DNA of 64,000 nt from Candidatus Hydrothermarchaeota archaeon. GTDB lineage: Archaea > CAYFZR01. Positions 8,592 to 17,328 of this stretch are shown here, piece by piece. The notes below the pieces were generated by a model. It was not told the origin of the DNA. It ran no database searches and saw only the letters and a list, made by a program, of their open reading frames with translations. The stretch lies in the NCBI GenBank assembly GCA_046760505.1, contig JBHIEG010000002.1, forward strand, positions 1 to 64,000, in the 5' to 3' direction. The position numbers were made by a program, and so were the translations under genes. Position 1 is the first letter of the stretch; every line of letters begins with the position of its first letter.

Positions 8592-9743
8592 CTACTCACC
8601 TCTTGCCAAAACAAGGGTATCTCCATCCGATATTTCACAATCCGAGATTCTCTTATCTAAAAGCAGTTTTCTTTCTCCTTTGTACAATGAATATTTCTGA
8701 ACTGTAGAGAGGTTTAGCGTACTCTTTACTACGTTTATAATGTCCTTAACTTTATTTCTCGGATCTAGTTCCAGTTGAACCTCCATGCCCTCGTTTATCG
8801 CTACCACGGATACCCGTAAAATATCTTCAACAAGTTTCACAGACTTTGGAGGTTTTACCTTCTTGATAACGCTTTTTACCTTATTTTCCTCACCCATAAA
8901 GGTATATCTAACATGGACCGGACCAATTCTAACCGAATTTTCTCCATAGATTTGGACATTTGTTTCAAGTATCCTAGTCTCTCTGGGGTCTATTCTCTTC
9001 AAATTCCACTGCTGGGACATGCCCACGTCCTTCTGTAGAGGCGTATTTAGCCGGATCCTGACATTTTTTGCAGAAAGTTTACCTTCATTAGAAATCGCTA
9101 CCTTTACTGGTAAGTTTCCAAGACTGTCGATATTTCCAACTTCAAGTTTTACCTCTAATTTAGGTCTCCAATTCCCTATAATTTTTCGTTTGTGGATGTA
9201 TATTCTTCTGACAACATCCTCAGCGTCATTCTCTGTTTCAAGGGTAAATTTAAGTCTCTTCATAATTTTTTTATCTGCCCACTCTATTTCTAGGGTTGAA
9301 TTTTCTCTCCAAGCACTGAAAACGCTCTCATATGGAATCTTGGTTTTTAGTCCAGGAGATGAAAAGTATATGAAATCCTTCATCAACTCCAGTTGTCCGC
9401 TCAGCTTTCCAATACTTGTGTATAAAATAGATTGTATCTTTTTCGTTGAGATTTTCCAACTTTTAAGTCTCCCAATTTTTTTTTCTAGTATTTCATCGCT
9501 CAGTTTTATCAATTCCTTTTCTGAAAGATCATCCACATGAAACAAAAATCTTTTTACATGATTGTTTGAATCAACCGCGTCAATATCCAGTTTTTTCCCA
9601 TTCACTTCCATGTAGAGGATACCTTCAAAGGGAACCTTAGTCTTGATCTTTGGAGAATTAAAGAATAAACAATCTTCTTTAACTTCCAATCTGCCTTCTA
9701 TCTTGCCAATTCCAACCTGTAAACTGCTAGAATAACTCTTCAA
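8592..9743 (-). CDS. Tandem PH/GRAM-like + CARDB/BatD-like Ig + C-terminal ubiquitin-like (YukD/EsaB-like) domain protein
   Basis: Internal repeat GRLEVKEDCLFFNSPKIKTKVPFE / GQLELMKDFIYFSSPGLKTKIPYE; ISNEGKLSAKNV Ig motif; C-terminal LELDPRNKVKDII...LLLDKRISDCEISDGDTLVL. Confidence 0.65.
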   Translation of the reverse strand: MKSYSSSLQVGIGKIEGRLEVKEDCLFFNSPKIKTKVPFEGILYMEVNGKKLDIDAVDSNNHVKRFLFHVDDLSEKELIKLSDEILEKKIGRLKSWKISTKKIQSILYTSIGKLSGQLELMKDFIYFSSPGLKTKIPYESVFSAWRENSTLEIEWADKKIMKRLKFTLETENDAEDVVRRIYIHKRKIIGNWRPKLEVKLEVGNIDSLGNLPVKVAISNEGKLSAKNVRIRLNTPLQKDVGMSQQWNLKRIDPRETRILETNVQIYGENSVRIGPVHVRYTFMGEENKVKSVIKKVKPPKSVKLVEDILRVSVVAINEGMEVQLELDPRNKVKDIINVVKSTLNLSTVQKYSLYKGERKLLLDKRISDCEISDGDTLVLARGE

Positions 9744-10285
9744 CTTATCCCCTCTGTTGAATAAAACTCCAATGGAACATAATCCATTCTAATTTTCCTT
9801 ATTTTTGATGTCTTGTTCATTATATCGAATACGTCGGCTAGCCAGATGATGATCAAAAAAAAGCCGAATACCTCCACGTTCTGTAACGCAATCAACCCAG
9901 GTTTTAGCAACATCAAGAATCCACCAAGTTCTGAAAGTAGTGCCGGAATACCCCATTTGTAAGAGCCATCATAGTCTTTTATGTATAGATATGCAAGTGG
10001 GGGTATTAGAGCAGAGAAAAGACTTATGATCGGATTTGGTCCAACTCCGCTATGTCGAGTAGCAAGCCTCCAATACTGCTTGTATTCTTCGAATATCTCG
10101 GGAGGAGGTTCCTTGGGAAGTACTTTCTTCTCTGGAAGAAGTTCTTCAGGTTCTTCCAACTCAAGGCACTGATCACAGTACATAATACCATCAGAAACTA
10201 CTCCACAGAGTTCGCATACATAGGCATTACATTCACTACATTCCGCCAGGGCATCCTTCTCTGGATGTTGGGAGCACTTCACCAC
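9740..10285 (-). CDS. B-box-type zinc finger + TM2-like membrane protein
   Basis: CSQHP...CSEC...CELC...CDQC; NPIISLFSALIPPLAYLY and IIIWLADVFD membrane motifs. Confidence 0.75.
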   Translation of the reverse strand: MVKCSQHPEKDALAECSECNAYVCELCGVVSDGIMYCDQCLELEEPEELLPEKKVLPKEPPPEIFEEYKQYWRLATRHSGVGPNPIISLFSALIPPLAYLYIKDYDGSYKWGIPALLSELGGFLMLLKPGLIALQNVEVFGFFLIIIWLADVFDIMNKTSKIRKIRMDYVPLEFYSTEGIS

Positions 10286-10425
10286 ATCACCTAAACCAAT
10301 CTAATTTATTACTCTTTATATTTAATAGTGATTCTCTGAAACGTATTGTAACATTGAGAGCACTTTTTTTCTCGCAATCTTTCATTTCGATACACCAATA
10401 TACAAGTGTCAACCCTTTAATCAGT

Positions 10426-11757
10426 ATGGACTGGATGGATCTTTATAGAGAAACCTTCGAAAAACTTGTTAAAGCGAAAAAATTTAAATTTTTAACGGCT
10501 TATAACGTAAACATAGATAAAATTTGTCGAGTTAGAGGAAACAACGTTGCAAAACTTATTGAAGAAGAAAATTACGTTGGAAAACATGGTTACAAAAGAA
10601 AAATTAATTTTAAAGGTGATTTTTTATCAGGACTTCTTTATCATATGAGAACCGGGAAGGGTGGCGAGGCTCTAATAATCGAGAGTGAACTCTGTGATTG
10701 GTTGGAGAAGAATTTTTTGTTTGAAGAAGAAACCATGGGCGGAAATGCAGGAAACATGGCAAGCACCCTTTCAAAACTCAGTATGAGAGTGATAGTAAAT
10801 GTCCCACAGCTCACAGAAGATCAGGCAAACTTATTCGAATGTCCCGAAAATATATTTATTCCAACGATCAAGGGCGGTAAGATTCTTTGTGTACCTGTTC
10901 TTAAGGCTATAAGGAGGGGCGATGAGAGTGTCGTACATTACATATTTGAGTTCAGAAGGGGCGATAAAATCGAACTCAAGGATGAATTAATCAATGTAAA
11001 ACAGAATAATAGGTTTATAGCAAGTTATGACAGTTACAATACTCTTTTGTGGCAGGATCCAGCCTTTAATAAGATTTCCCCGGATTTAATCCGAAGCATA
11101 GATGCCTGTTTGATATCGGGATTCCACCTTCTCAGAGAAATAAACGATAATCTGAGAAAATCTCAATTAATATTAAGAAAATGGAAAAAAATAAACCCAG
11201 ATTTAAAAATACATGTTGAATTGGCAGATTTTCAGGAACCACAAGTCTTAGAATATGTTGTGAAAAATTTTTCTTTTGTAGACAGTTATGGAATGAACGA
11301 GACCGAATTGATGGATGTTTCATCTTTGTTTGGAGAAAAATTGAAAGATACAGATGTGTTATCACTTTTAAAGGGATCAATAAAATTTTACGAGGAATCC
11401 GGAATCAATAAAATCATTATTCATACTCCTGAGTACTCTTTTGGATTATATGAAAGAGATGATCCCGAGAAAATTAAATCTGCTTTAATTTTGGGCTCTC
11501 TTTTAGCAGCATGCAGAGCCAAGAGAGGATCTTCTTGTTCAAAAAAAGATCTTGGAACCCTTCTCAAAATAGCGAAGATAAATGAAATAGGGCTTGAAAA
11601 AGTAAAAATTCTGAGAGATGAAATCGAAATGAACTGTCCTGAAATGAAAGGAAAGATCCAATGCTGTCCTTCTCTTGATGTGGGTCCTATTAAGTCCACG
11701 GTTGGATTGGGAGACTGTTTTGCCGCAGGATTTGTATTAGGCGAGGTAATCTTTTGA
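10426..11757 (+). CDS. pfkC: ADP-dependent glucokinase/phosphofructokinase
   Basis: AYNVNID, MGGNAGNMA, VHYIFEF, NRFIAS, GMNETEL and STVGLGD motifs. Confidence 0.92.
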   Translation: MDWMDLYRETFEKLVKAKKFKFLTAYNVNIDKICRVRGNNVAKLIEEENYVGKHGYKRKINFKGDFLSGLLYHMRTGKGGEALIIESELCDWLEKNFLFEEETMGGNAGNMASTLSKLSMRVIVNVPQLTEDQANLFECPENIFIPTIKGGKILCVPVLKAIRRGDESVVHYIFEFRRGDKIELKDELINVKQNNRFIASYDSYNTLLWQDPAFNKISPDLIRSIDACLISGFHLLREINDNLRKSQLILRKWKKINPDLKIHVELADFQEPQVLEYVVKNFSFVDSYGMNETELMDVSSLFGEKLKDTDVLSLLKGSIKFYEESGINKIIIHTPEYSFGLYERDDPEKIKSALILGSLLAACRAKRGSSCSKKDLGTLLKIAKINEIGLEKVKILRDEIEMNCPEMKGKIQCCPSLDVGPIKSTVGLGDCFAAGFVLGEVIF

Positions 11758-11872
11758 TTTCTCGGAAATCTCACATTTTTCTCAATTCATTTAGTTCAGA
11801 ATTACCCAGATAAATTATCTCAAAGGAAAAATTTAATACTTCCATGAGATCAATTCTGAAATAGGTGAGAAA

Positions 11873-12451
11873 ATGAGGATTGAGAGTAAAGAGGCTGAAT
11901 TTGAGGGTATACTGAATGCTGCAAGGCTCATGGCCATAGCAATTCGAACAGCCCCAAAAGCAAACGGGATCGATTCCATAGAAACTTTAATACTCTCAGG
12001 AGAGGAGAAAAACTCATTGGCAGATAAATTGGAGGATCTAGGAAAAGAAAAAGGCGGTGGCTGGATAAAATTTTACGGAAGAGATGCAGAAAATCTCAGA
12101 AATTCCGATGCAGTAATTCTCGTAGGTATCTATGGCGGGAGATCTCCAGCCCCTTTGATGTGCGGGGCATGCGGAATGGACTGCAAACAACTTCTGAAGA
12201 GCGAAAGAGTAACCAAGGACTTTACAGGACCAAACTGCATGATGAAAATACTGGATCTGGGAGTCGCGCTAGGATCTGCTGTTAAATTGGCAGCAGAACT
12301 AAACGTAGATAATAGAATAATGTACAGCGTTGGCGTTGCAGCCAAAAAACTTGGACTCATGGATACGGATGTAATAATATCGATACCTGTCTCTGCTACG
12401 GGGAAGAATATATTCTTTGATAGAGGAAGAGAGCATCCAGAAAAAAAATAA
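11873..12451 (+). CDS. DUF2148 ferredoxin-domain-containing protein
   Basis: ARLMAIAIRTAPK, CGACG..C, GP.C....DLGVALGSA, VDNRIMYSVG, GKNIFFDR. Confidence 0.85.
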   Translation: MRIESKEAEFEGILNAARLMAIAIRTAPKANGIDSIETLILSGEEKNSLADKLEDLGKEKGGGWIKFYGRDAENLRNSDAVILVGIYGGRSPAPLMCGACGMDCKQLLKSERVTKDFTGPNCMMKILDLGVALGSAVKLAAELNVDNRIMYSVGVAAKKLGLMDTDVIISIPVSATGKNIFFDRGREHPEKK

Positions 12452-12498
12452 ACCGCCCCCATTTTTATTTAAAAAATTAATAAAAATGAAGTGATATC

Positions 12499-13686
12499 TT
12501 GGTAGAGAACATTAACTATAGTAGATATCAATCAGTAATGCTTTCTCTTGCTTTTCTCGTGGCTTTCTCTCTTCATCTACTTTTATTTTCTTACTCTCCT
12601 TTGATAACACCTATTATGGAAGAAATGAATCTTTCAAACACCCAAGCTGGCCTTACTTTTTCGATGTCTATACTAGCGCTCATAATTTTCAGAATACCTT
12701 GGGGATTGATAAGTGATAGTATAGGTTATTTAAAGACGTTGAGAGTTTCTCTTTTAATAATAGCGGTTACTGCAATACTTAGAGGTTTTTCTAATAACTA
12801 TTCCTCGCTGATCATTGCTCAGGTCATGTTAGGAATAGGGCTCGCTTCAGTCATACCGTGCCTCCCTAGCATTGTGAAAGAATGGTTTTACGCGGAAAGA
12901 GTGGCTTTTTCTACTGGAGTTTATGTATCAGGATTTGCCTTGGGCAATATGGCCGGTCTCGGTTTAACACCATACCTTCTTGAATTAACAGGCTCTTGGA
13001 GGAGTACATTCAAAATTTATGGCATATTTTCACTCTTTCTAGCTCTATCATGGTGGAGTTTAGGGAAATCGAGAGGTTTGAAATACAATAATTACCTGGA
13101 AAGTTACCGTAATTTCAAGGAAATTTTTAAATTAAGAGAACTCTGGATCCTTCTGGGCCTAGTTTTCTGTTCAATGGGTACCTATGATACCCTCGCCACT
13201 TGGCTGCCTCGCGTACTTAGGTTAAAGGGCTTTTCCCGGGAGAAAGCCGGGCTTATAGCCTCTCTTTTATCACTTGGATTTTTTCTGGCAGGTCCTGTTA
13301 CAGGAATTTTCTCGGATAGATTCAGGGCTCGAAAACCTTTTATTTTTACATTTGGTCTTGTGATAGGGCCAGTCATTTTGGGTATTGCATACTTCAAGGG
13401 GCTATTGTTGCTGGCTTGCATATTTCTTGCTGGATTCCTCTCTATTGGAGTCTTCACAATGGCGATGGCTATTCCTACAGAATCTAACACGTTTGCAGAA
13501 TCTGTAGGCAGTGCAGTCGGATTTATCTCGGCTTTAGGAAATCTTGGACCATTTTTGATGCCAATAACGTTCGGATACCTCATTGATATAACTAAGAATT
13601 ACGTGCCATCAATTATAATGGTGAGTTTGGTTGCCGAATCGATTTTTCTTTTTGGAATTTTGCTGAGGGAAAATAGTAAGTATTAA
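12499..13686 (+). CDS. MFS transporter (CynX-like)
   Basis: 12-TM pattern; GLISDSIG and GIFSDRFRARK motif-A loops. Confidence 0.9.
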   Translation: MVENINYSRYQSVMLSLAFLVAFSLHLLLFSYSPLITPIMEEMNLSNTQAGLTFSMSILALIIFRIPWGLISDSIGYLKTLRVSLLIIAVTAILRGFSNNYSSLIIAQVMLGIGLASVIPCLPSIVKEWFYAERVAFSTGVYVSGFALGNMAGLGLTPYLLELTGSWRSTFKIYGIFSLFLALSWWSLGKSRGLKYNNYLESYRNFKEIFKLRELWILLGLVFCSMGTYDTLATWLPRVLRLKGFSREKAGLIASLLSLGFFLAGPVTGIFSDRFRARKPFIFTFGLVIGPVILGIAYFKGLLLLACIFLAGFLSIGVFTMAMAIPTESNTFAESVGSAVGFISALGNLGPFLMPITFGYLIDITKNYVPSIIMVSLVAESIFLFGILLRENSKY

Positions 13687-13709
13687 ACCATGCTAGGAAT
13701 TATCAAGCA

Positions 13710-13967
13710 AATTTTAAATAGTAATTTTGGATTAAGATGGAGCAGATGATCAAATGATGATTCCGAGTCAACTCTTGAGAAAAGGTGGTCAGCGGGGCTT
13801 TACAACGCCACCTACCTTACCCAAACTTACCTTACTCAAATTTATCCTATCCAAATTTGCCTCATTTTGGACTTGGCGGGTTTAAAGGGACGCCCGCCTA
13901 CATTCTCCACCTTAATTTTAATTGATTTGATTTTGACGATTTTTAAAAACTGTAGGGGGTTGTTAAA
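13710..13967 (+). promoter_or_regulatory. Candidate promoter and structured leader (uORF 13754-13885, 15-nt degenerate repeats, GGCGGG/CCCGCC hairpin)
   Basis: TTTTAAATA TATA-like box near 13712; uORF ends KFASFWTWRV*; hairpin 13875-13898 followed by T-rich sequence. Confidence 0.45.
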
Positions 13968-14768
13968 ATGACTCAGATTGGAAAAGCGATTAGAATCGAA
14001 AGAATAATGAATAGGGAGACTGGAAAGACCATAATCGTACCCATGGACCACGGAGTCTCAGTTGGTCCTGTAAAGGGTCTGATAAACATGACCGAGACCG
14101 TGAATAAGGTGGCAGAAGGAGGAGCAAACGCAGTGGTTGGACATAGAGGATTGGCCATGTACGGACACAGGAAGTACGGCAGGGATATAGGTCTGATTTT
14201 GCACTTGTCTGCTAGCACAAAGTTGAGTCCTGATCCAAACCACAAGGTGCTAGTAATGAGCGTCGAAGATGCGATTAAATTAGGAGCAGATGCTGTAAGC
14301 GTGCACATTAACATCGGGGCAAATGATGAGAGTGAGATGCTTAAAACCTTGGGATACGTGTCAAGCAAGTGCTCTGAATGGGGAATGCCCCTGTTGGCTA
14401 TGATGTATCCCAGAGGTGAGAAGATAGGATCAGAGCATGATGCAGAGGTTGTAAAGTTAGCAGCCAGAGTTGGAGCAGAATTAGGAGCGGATATAATAAA
14501 AACAAATTATACAGGGGATATTGATAGTTTCAAAGAAGTTGTAAAAGGATGTCCTGCTCCTGTTGTAATAGCAGGGGGCGAGAAAATGAATACTGAAAGA
14601 GAAATTTTGCAGATACTCTGGGAATCAATTCAAGCAGGTGGAGCAGGCGCCTCAATAGGAAGAAACGTCTTCCAAGCTAAAGACCCCACAAAGATGGTAA
14701 GGGCCATGGCAAAGATAGTCCATGAAGGATACGATGTTGATGAGGCGATGAAGGAACTGAAGTACTGA
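13968..14768 (+). CDS. Class I DhnA-type aldolase (ADH synthase AroA'/DKFP synthase paralog)
   Basis: [50 protein letters not shown]. Confidence 0.9.
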   Translation: MTQIGKAIRIERIMNRETGKTIIVPMDHGVSVGPVKGLINMTETVNKVAEGGANAVVGHRGLAMYGHRKYGRDIGLILHLSASTKLSPDPNHKVLVMSVEDAIKLGADAVSVHINIGANDESEMLKTLGYVSSKCSEWGMPLLAMMYPRGEKIGSEHDAEVVKLAARVGAELGADIIKTNYTGDIDSFKEVVKGCPAPVVIAGGEKMNTEREILQILWESIQAGGAGASIGRNVFQAKDPTKMVRAMAKIVHEGYDVDEAMKELKY

Positions 14769-14770
14769 AT

Positions 14771-16183
14771 TCATAACTTTAGCGCCTCAAAAAATCCAAT
14801 TATGCAGTCTTTGATAGATCTTATAAGCGGATAACTTACCCTAACAGGTTCTTTAAGCTTTTCAAGCCTTGAAATCCGGAAGTACATGGGAGGATGAGGA
14901 TCAAAGCCTATCCATTCCATTATCCTATGAGAGGGTATTCTTTCGTAATGGAGTCTTCGATACCCTATTTTTCTCAGAGCATTTGCCATTACTGCAGGTT
15001 GACCGATTTTTATGGCAGATTCAAGATCGGACCTTGCTTCAAGAAATTTACCAACAAAAAATAGAGAACTGAAGACAAAAAGCAGGTAAATTAGCGGAAA
15101 TATAATTATGAATGGAAAGAAAATGTAAACCCTCAGGAGAAACTCAGTTCCGAATAGTCCAAATAGCACAAGGGGGTCTCTGTTCTTCAAATGACTTAGT
15201 TCGTGACCTATTACATTCAATAGTTCATTTTCTTCCAGCTGGGTCATTATCCCGGTGGTAATCATGATCACTCCGCTATCAGGACCCGATCCGATTGCTG
15301 CTGCATTTGGAACCAAGGTATCTGCCACTACTATCTTTGGTAAAGGAAGATTGAACTTCTCAGCAGCCATTTTCACTATCTCATAGAGATTGATCTTCTT
15401 CACAGTAAAATTTTCCTCCACGCATGGAATTCTGTACTCAGAAAATACCTCCTTTGCAGCGCGACAATTAATTTCGTCTCCAATGGCGATTGTTCTCTGG
15501 AAAATTTTTTGTCTAATATCAATCAGGACATCTTCCCTTTTCACAAGGGCTCTATACTCTTCAAAGGGGAGATGATACTGTAAAATATGGAGTTCCGGAT
15601 TCTCTTGGGTAATGATCCAATCTCCAAATCTTGCTACAATTTTGTCTGAGACCAGTATAATGCCGAACTGAACACCAATTATTAAAATTGGCGCGAAAAA
15701 GGCGAGTCCAAGCAAAACGCTAATCCAGTACATCGTAAAACTGACTAAAACGAAGATCAGTATTAGGGTAAGCATGTTTCCGAAGAAAAGATTGTTTAAA
15801 AAAGATTCTTTCTTTTGTCTTTTTCGCGTCGGGAGCAAACTTTTGTCTGGTGCGTACGTAAAGTATAGGCTCGTTTTTCTTATTTGTTCCTCAAACAACT
15901 TAATCTGATATATGATGTCTTCTTTAATTCCAATGAGAAAACCCTCAGGCACGTCAGACGTTGAAAACATTTCCACGAGAACCGGTTGTTTTGCATAGAC
16001 TATAACGTCAACCCAGCCTTTTCTACCGTAAAGAGTCCTGAAATAAAGAGTATTTACGCCATTAACCCTCCTATGAACGATTCTATTGATGGCTCTTTTG
16101 GGTCTCAGGTAGTATCTTGCGATAAACCTGAGAAGATCTTCAAATCGAGTCGAAGCAAATTCTACAGTGAATTTTACTTCCAC
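14771..16183 (-). CDS. M48 (HtpX-like) zinc metalloprotease with long N-terminal extension
   Basis: PNAAA, GHELSHLKNRD (HExxH), E..SD and HPP...RI motifs; TM helices. Confidence 0.88.
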   Translation of the reverse strand: MEVKFTVEFASTRFEDLLRFIARYYLRPKRAINRIVHRRVNGVNTLYFRTLYGRKGWVDVIVYAKQPVLVEMFSTSDVPEGFLIGIKEDIIYQIKLFEEQIRKTSLYFTYAPDKSLLPTRKRQKKESFLNNLFFGNMLTLILIFVLVSFTMYWISVLLGLAFFAPILIIGVQFGIILVSDKIVARFGDWIITQENPELHILQYHLPFEEYRALVKREDVLIDIRQKIFQRTIAIGDEINCRAAKEVFSEYRIPCVEENFTVKKINLYEIVKMAAEKFNLPLPKIVVADTLVPNAAAIGSGPDSGVIMITTGIMTQLEENELLNVIGHELSHLKNRDPLVLFGLFGTEFLLRVYIFFPFIIIFPLIYLLFVFSSLFFVGKFLEARSDLESAIKIGQPAVMANALRKIGYRRLHYERIPSHRIMEWIGFDPHPPMYFRISRLEKLKEPVRVSYPLIRSIKDCIIGFFEALKL

Positions 16184-16257
16184 AAGTTAGCCTCCAATTC
16201 GGATCTACATGCCTTATATTTAAATTTATATCGATATTGAATTTTCTTTGGAAGAAT

Positions 16258-17286
16258 ATGATAAAGAACTACCTCAAAGAATTAGAGAATTGCAAATTAT
16301 GTGAATGGAGGTGTGGAGTTAACAGACTGGAAGGAGAGCTAGGTGTTTGCAAAATGAGTACACCGAAGGTGGCCTCCTGCCAGCTGCATCCTGCGCCCCC
16401 CCAGAGCTATACGATCTTCTTAACTGGATGTAACTACAGGTGTTTAAACTGTCAGAATCATCACATAGCACATCTTCCAGACCAGCTATATTTTCCCTCA
16501 GGGTTTATTAAACCCGAAATTCTCGCAAAAGACTCTATAGAAATGATAAACTCTATTCCCGGTAGAAGCATCGGAGCAGACAGAATTTTCTTCTCGGGAG
16601 GAGAACCAACAATCCATCTACCATATGTGGAAGAGATCGTAAACTCTGCGAGAAGGATAGATCCAAAAATCAAGGTTAACTTCGATACAAACGGATTTTT
16701 GACAAAAAAATCCCTTAATAGAGTTATTGAACTTACCACAAGCGTAACTTTTGATATTAAGGCATACAGCGACGAGGTTCATAGAGCCTTGACAGGCGCT
16801 CCGGTTAAGCCTGTCCTAAGAAATGCAAAAGTAATAGGCAAAAAAGCCAAGGAAAAACTTTGGGAGTACCGTATACTCGTAATACCAGAAATTGTAGATT
16901 TGGAAGAAGTAATATCTATCTGCGAGTTTATTGCATCAATTGATCCCACGCTACCAGTTTCTTTCCTGGCTTTTAGACCAAATTTCGCGCTCGATAAACA
17001 CTATGGTGCTCCCAGCACCTTAATGGAAAGAATAATGGAAGAAGCAGAAAGTATAGGACTCGAGAATTTCCATTGGTCTGGAAGAGCTGACATAAAGGGA
17101 TACGATACCTCCACTATATTGAGTGGAAAAGAAAATCTAAGGAGCAAATATAACTCTGATTCGGCATTAACAGCAGGCGCCTTTGCCCTATCTTTAGGAT
17201 GTAAAACTCATCCAAGAAATTGTAAAATATGTGGTTCAAAGCATACCTGCCCAATCAAGAGGTACCAACCACTAAGACATGTTTAA
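16258..17286 (+). CDS. Radical SAM protein (PflX/activating-enzyme-like)
   Basis: CKLCEWRCGVNR, GCNYRCLNCQN (CxxxCxxC), FSGGEPT, DTNG. Confidence 0.85.
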   Translation: MIKNYLKELENCKLCEWRCGVNRLEGELGVCKMSTPKVASCQLHPAPPQSYTIFLTGCNYRCLNCQNHHIAHLPDQLYFPSGFIKPEILAKDSIEMINSIPGRSIGADRIFFSGGEPTIHLPYVEEIVNSARRIDPKIKVNFDTNGFLTKKSLNRVIELTTSVTFDIKAYSDEVHRALTGAPVKPVLRNAKVIGKKAKEKLWEYRILVIPEIVDLEEVISICEFIASIDPTLPVSFLAFRPNFALDKHYGAPSTLMERIMEEAESIGLENFHWSGRADIKGYDTSTILSGKENLRSKYNSDSALTAGAFALSLGCKTHPRNCKICGSKHTCPIKRYQPLRHV

Positions 17287-17328
17287 AACTCGCAACATTT
17301 TTACTTCGAGAACATTAAGTGAACATCG

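Noticed and set aside
8592-8620. Canonical ubiquitin/SAMP conjugation system
   Set aside because: The Ubl ends in RGE, not GG, and no E1/E2/JAB gene is in the window
9019-9540. Antisense ORFs such as 9019-9540, 1612-2058, 29985-30473 and 41909-42364
   Set aside because: Ser/Phe/Ile-rich shadows of well-supported genes on the opposite strand, with no motifs
13736-13780. C/D box sRNA or fluoride riboswitch (ATGATGA; GATGGAG...GATGATTCC)
   Set aside because: No convincing terminal CTGA D box, and the riboswitch P1 stem cannot form; an Infernal/Rfam search would settle it
13811-13870. CRISPR array
   Set aside because: Units are 15 nt, degenerate and contiguous, with no spacers and no cas genes
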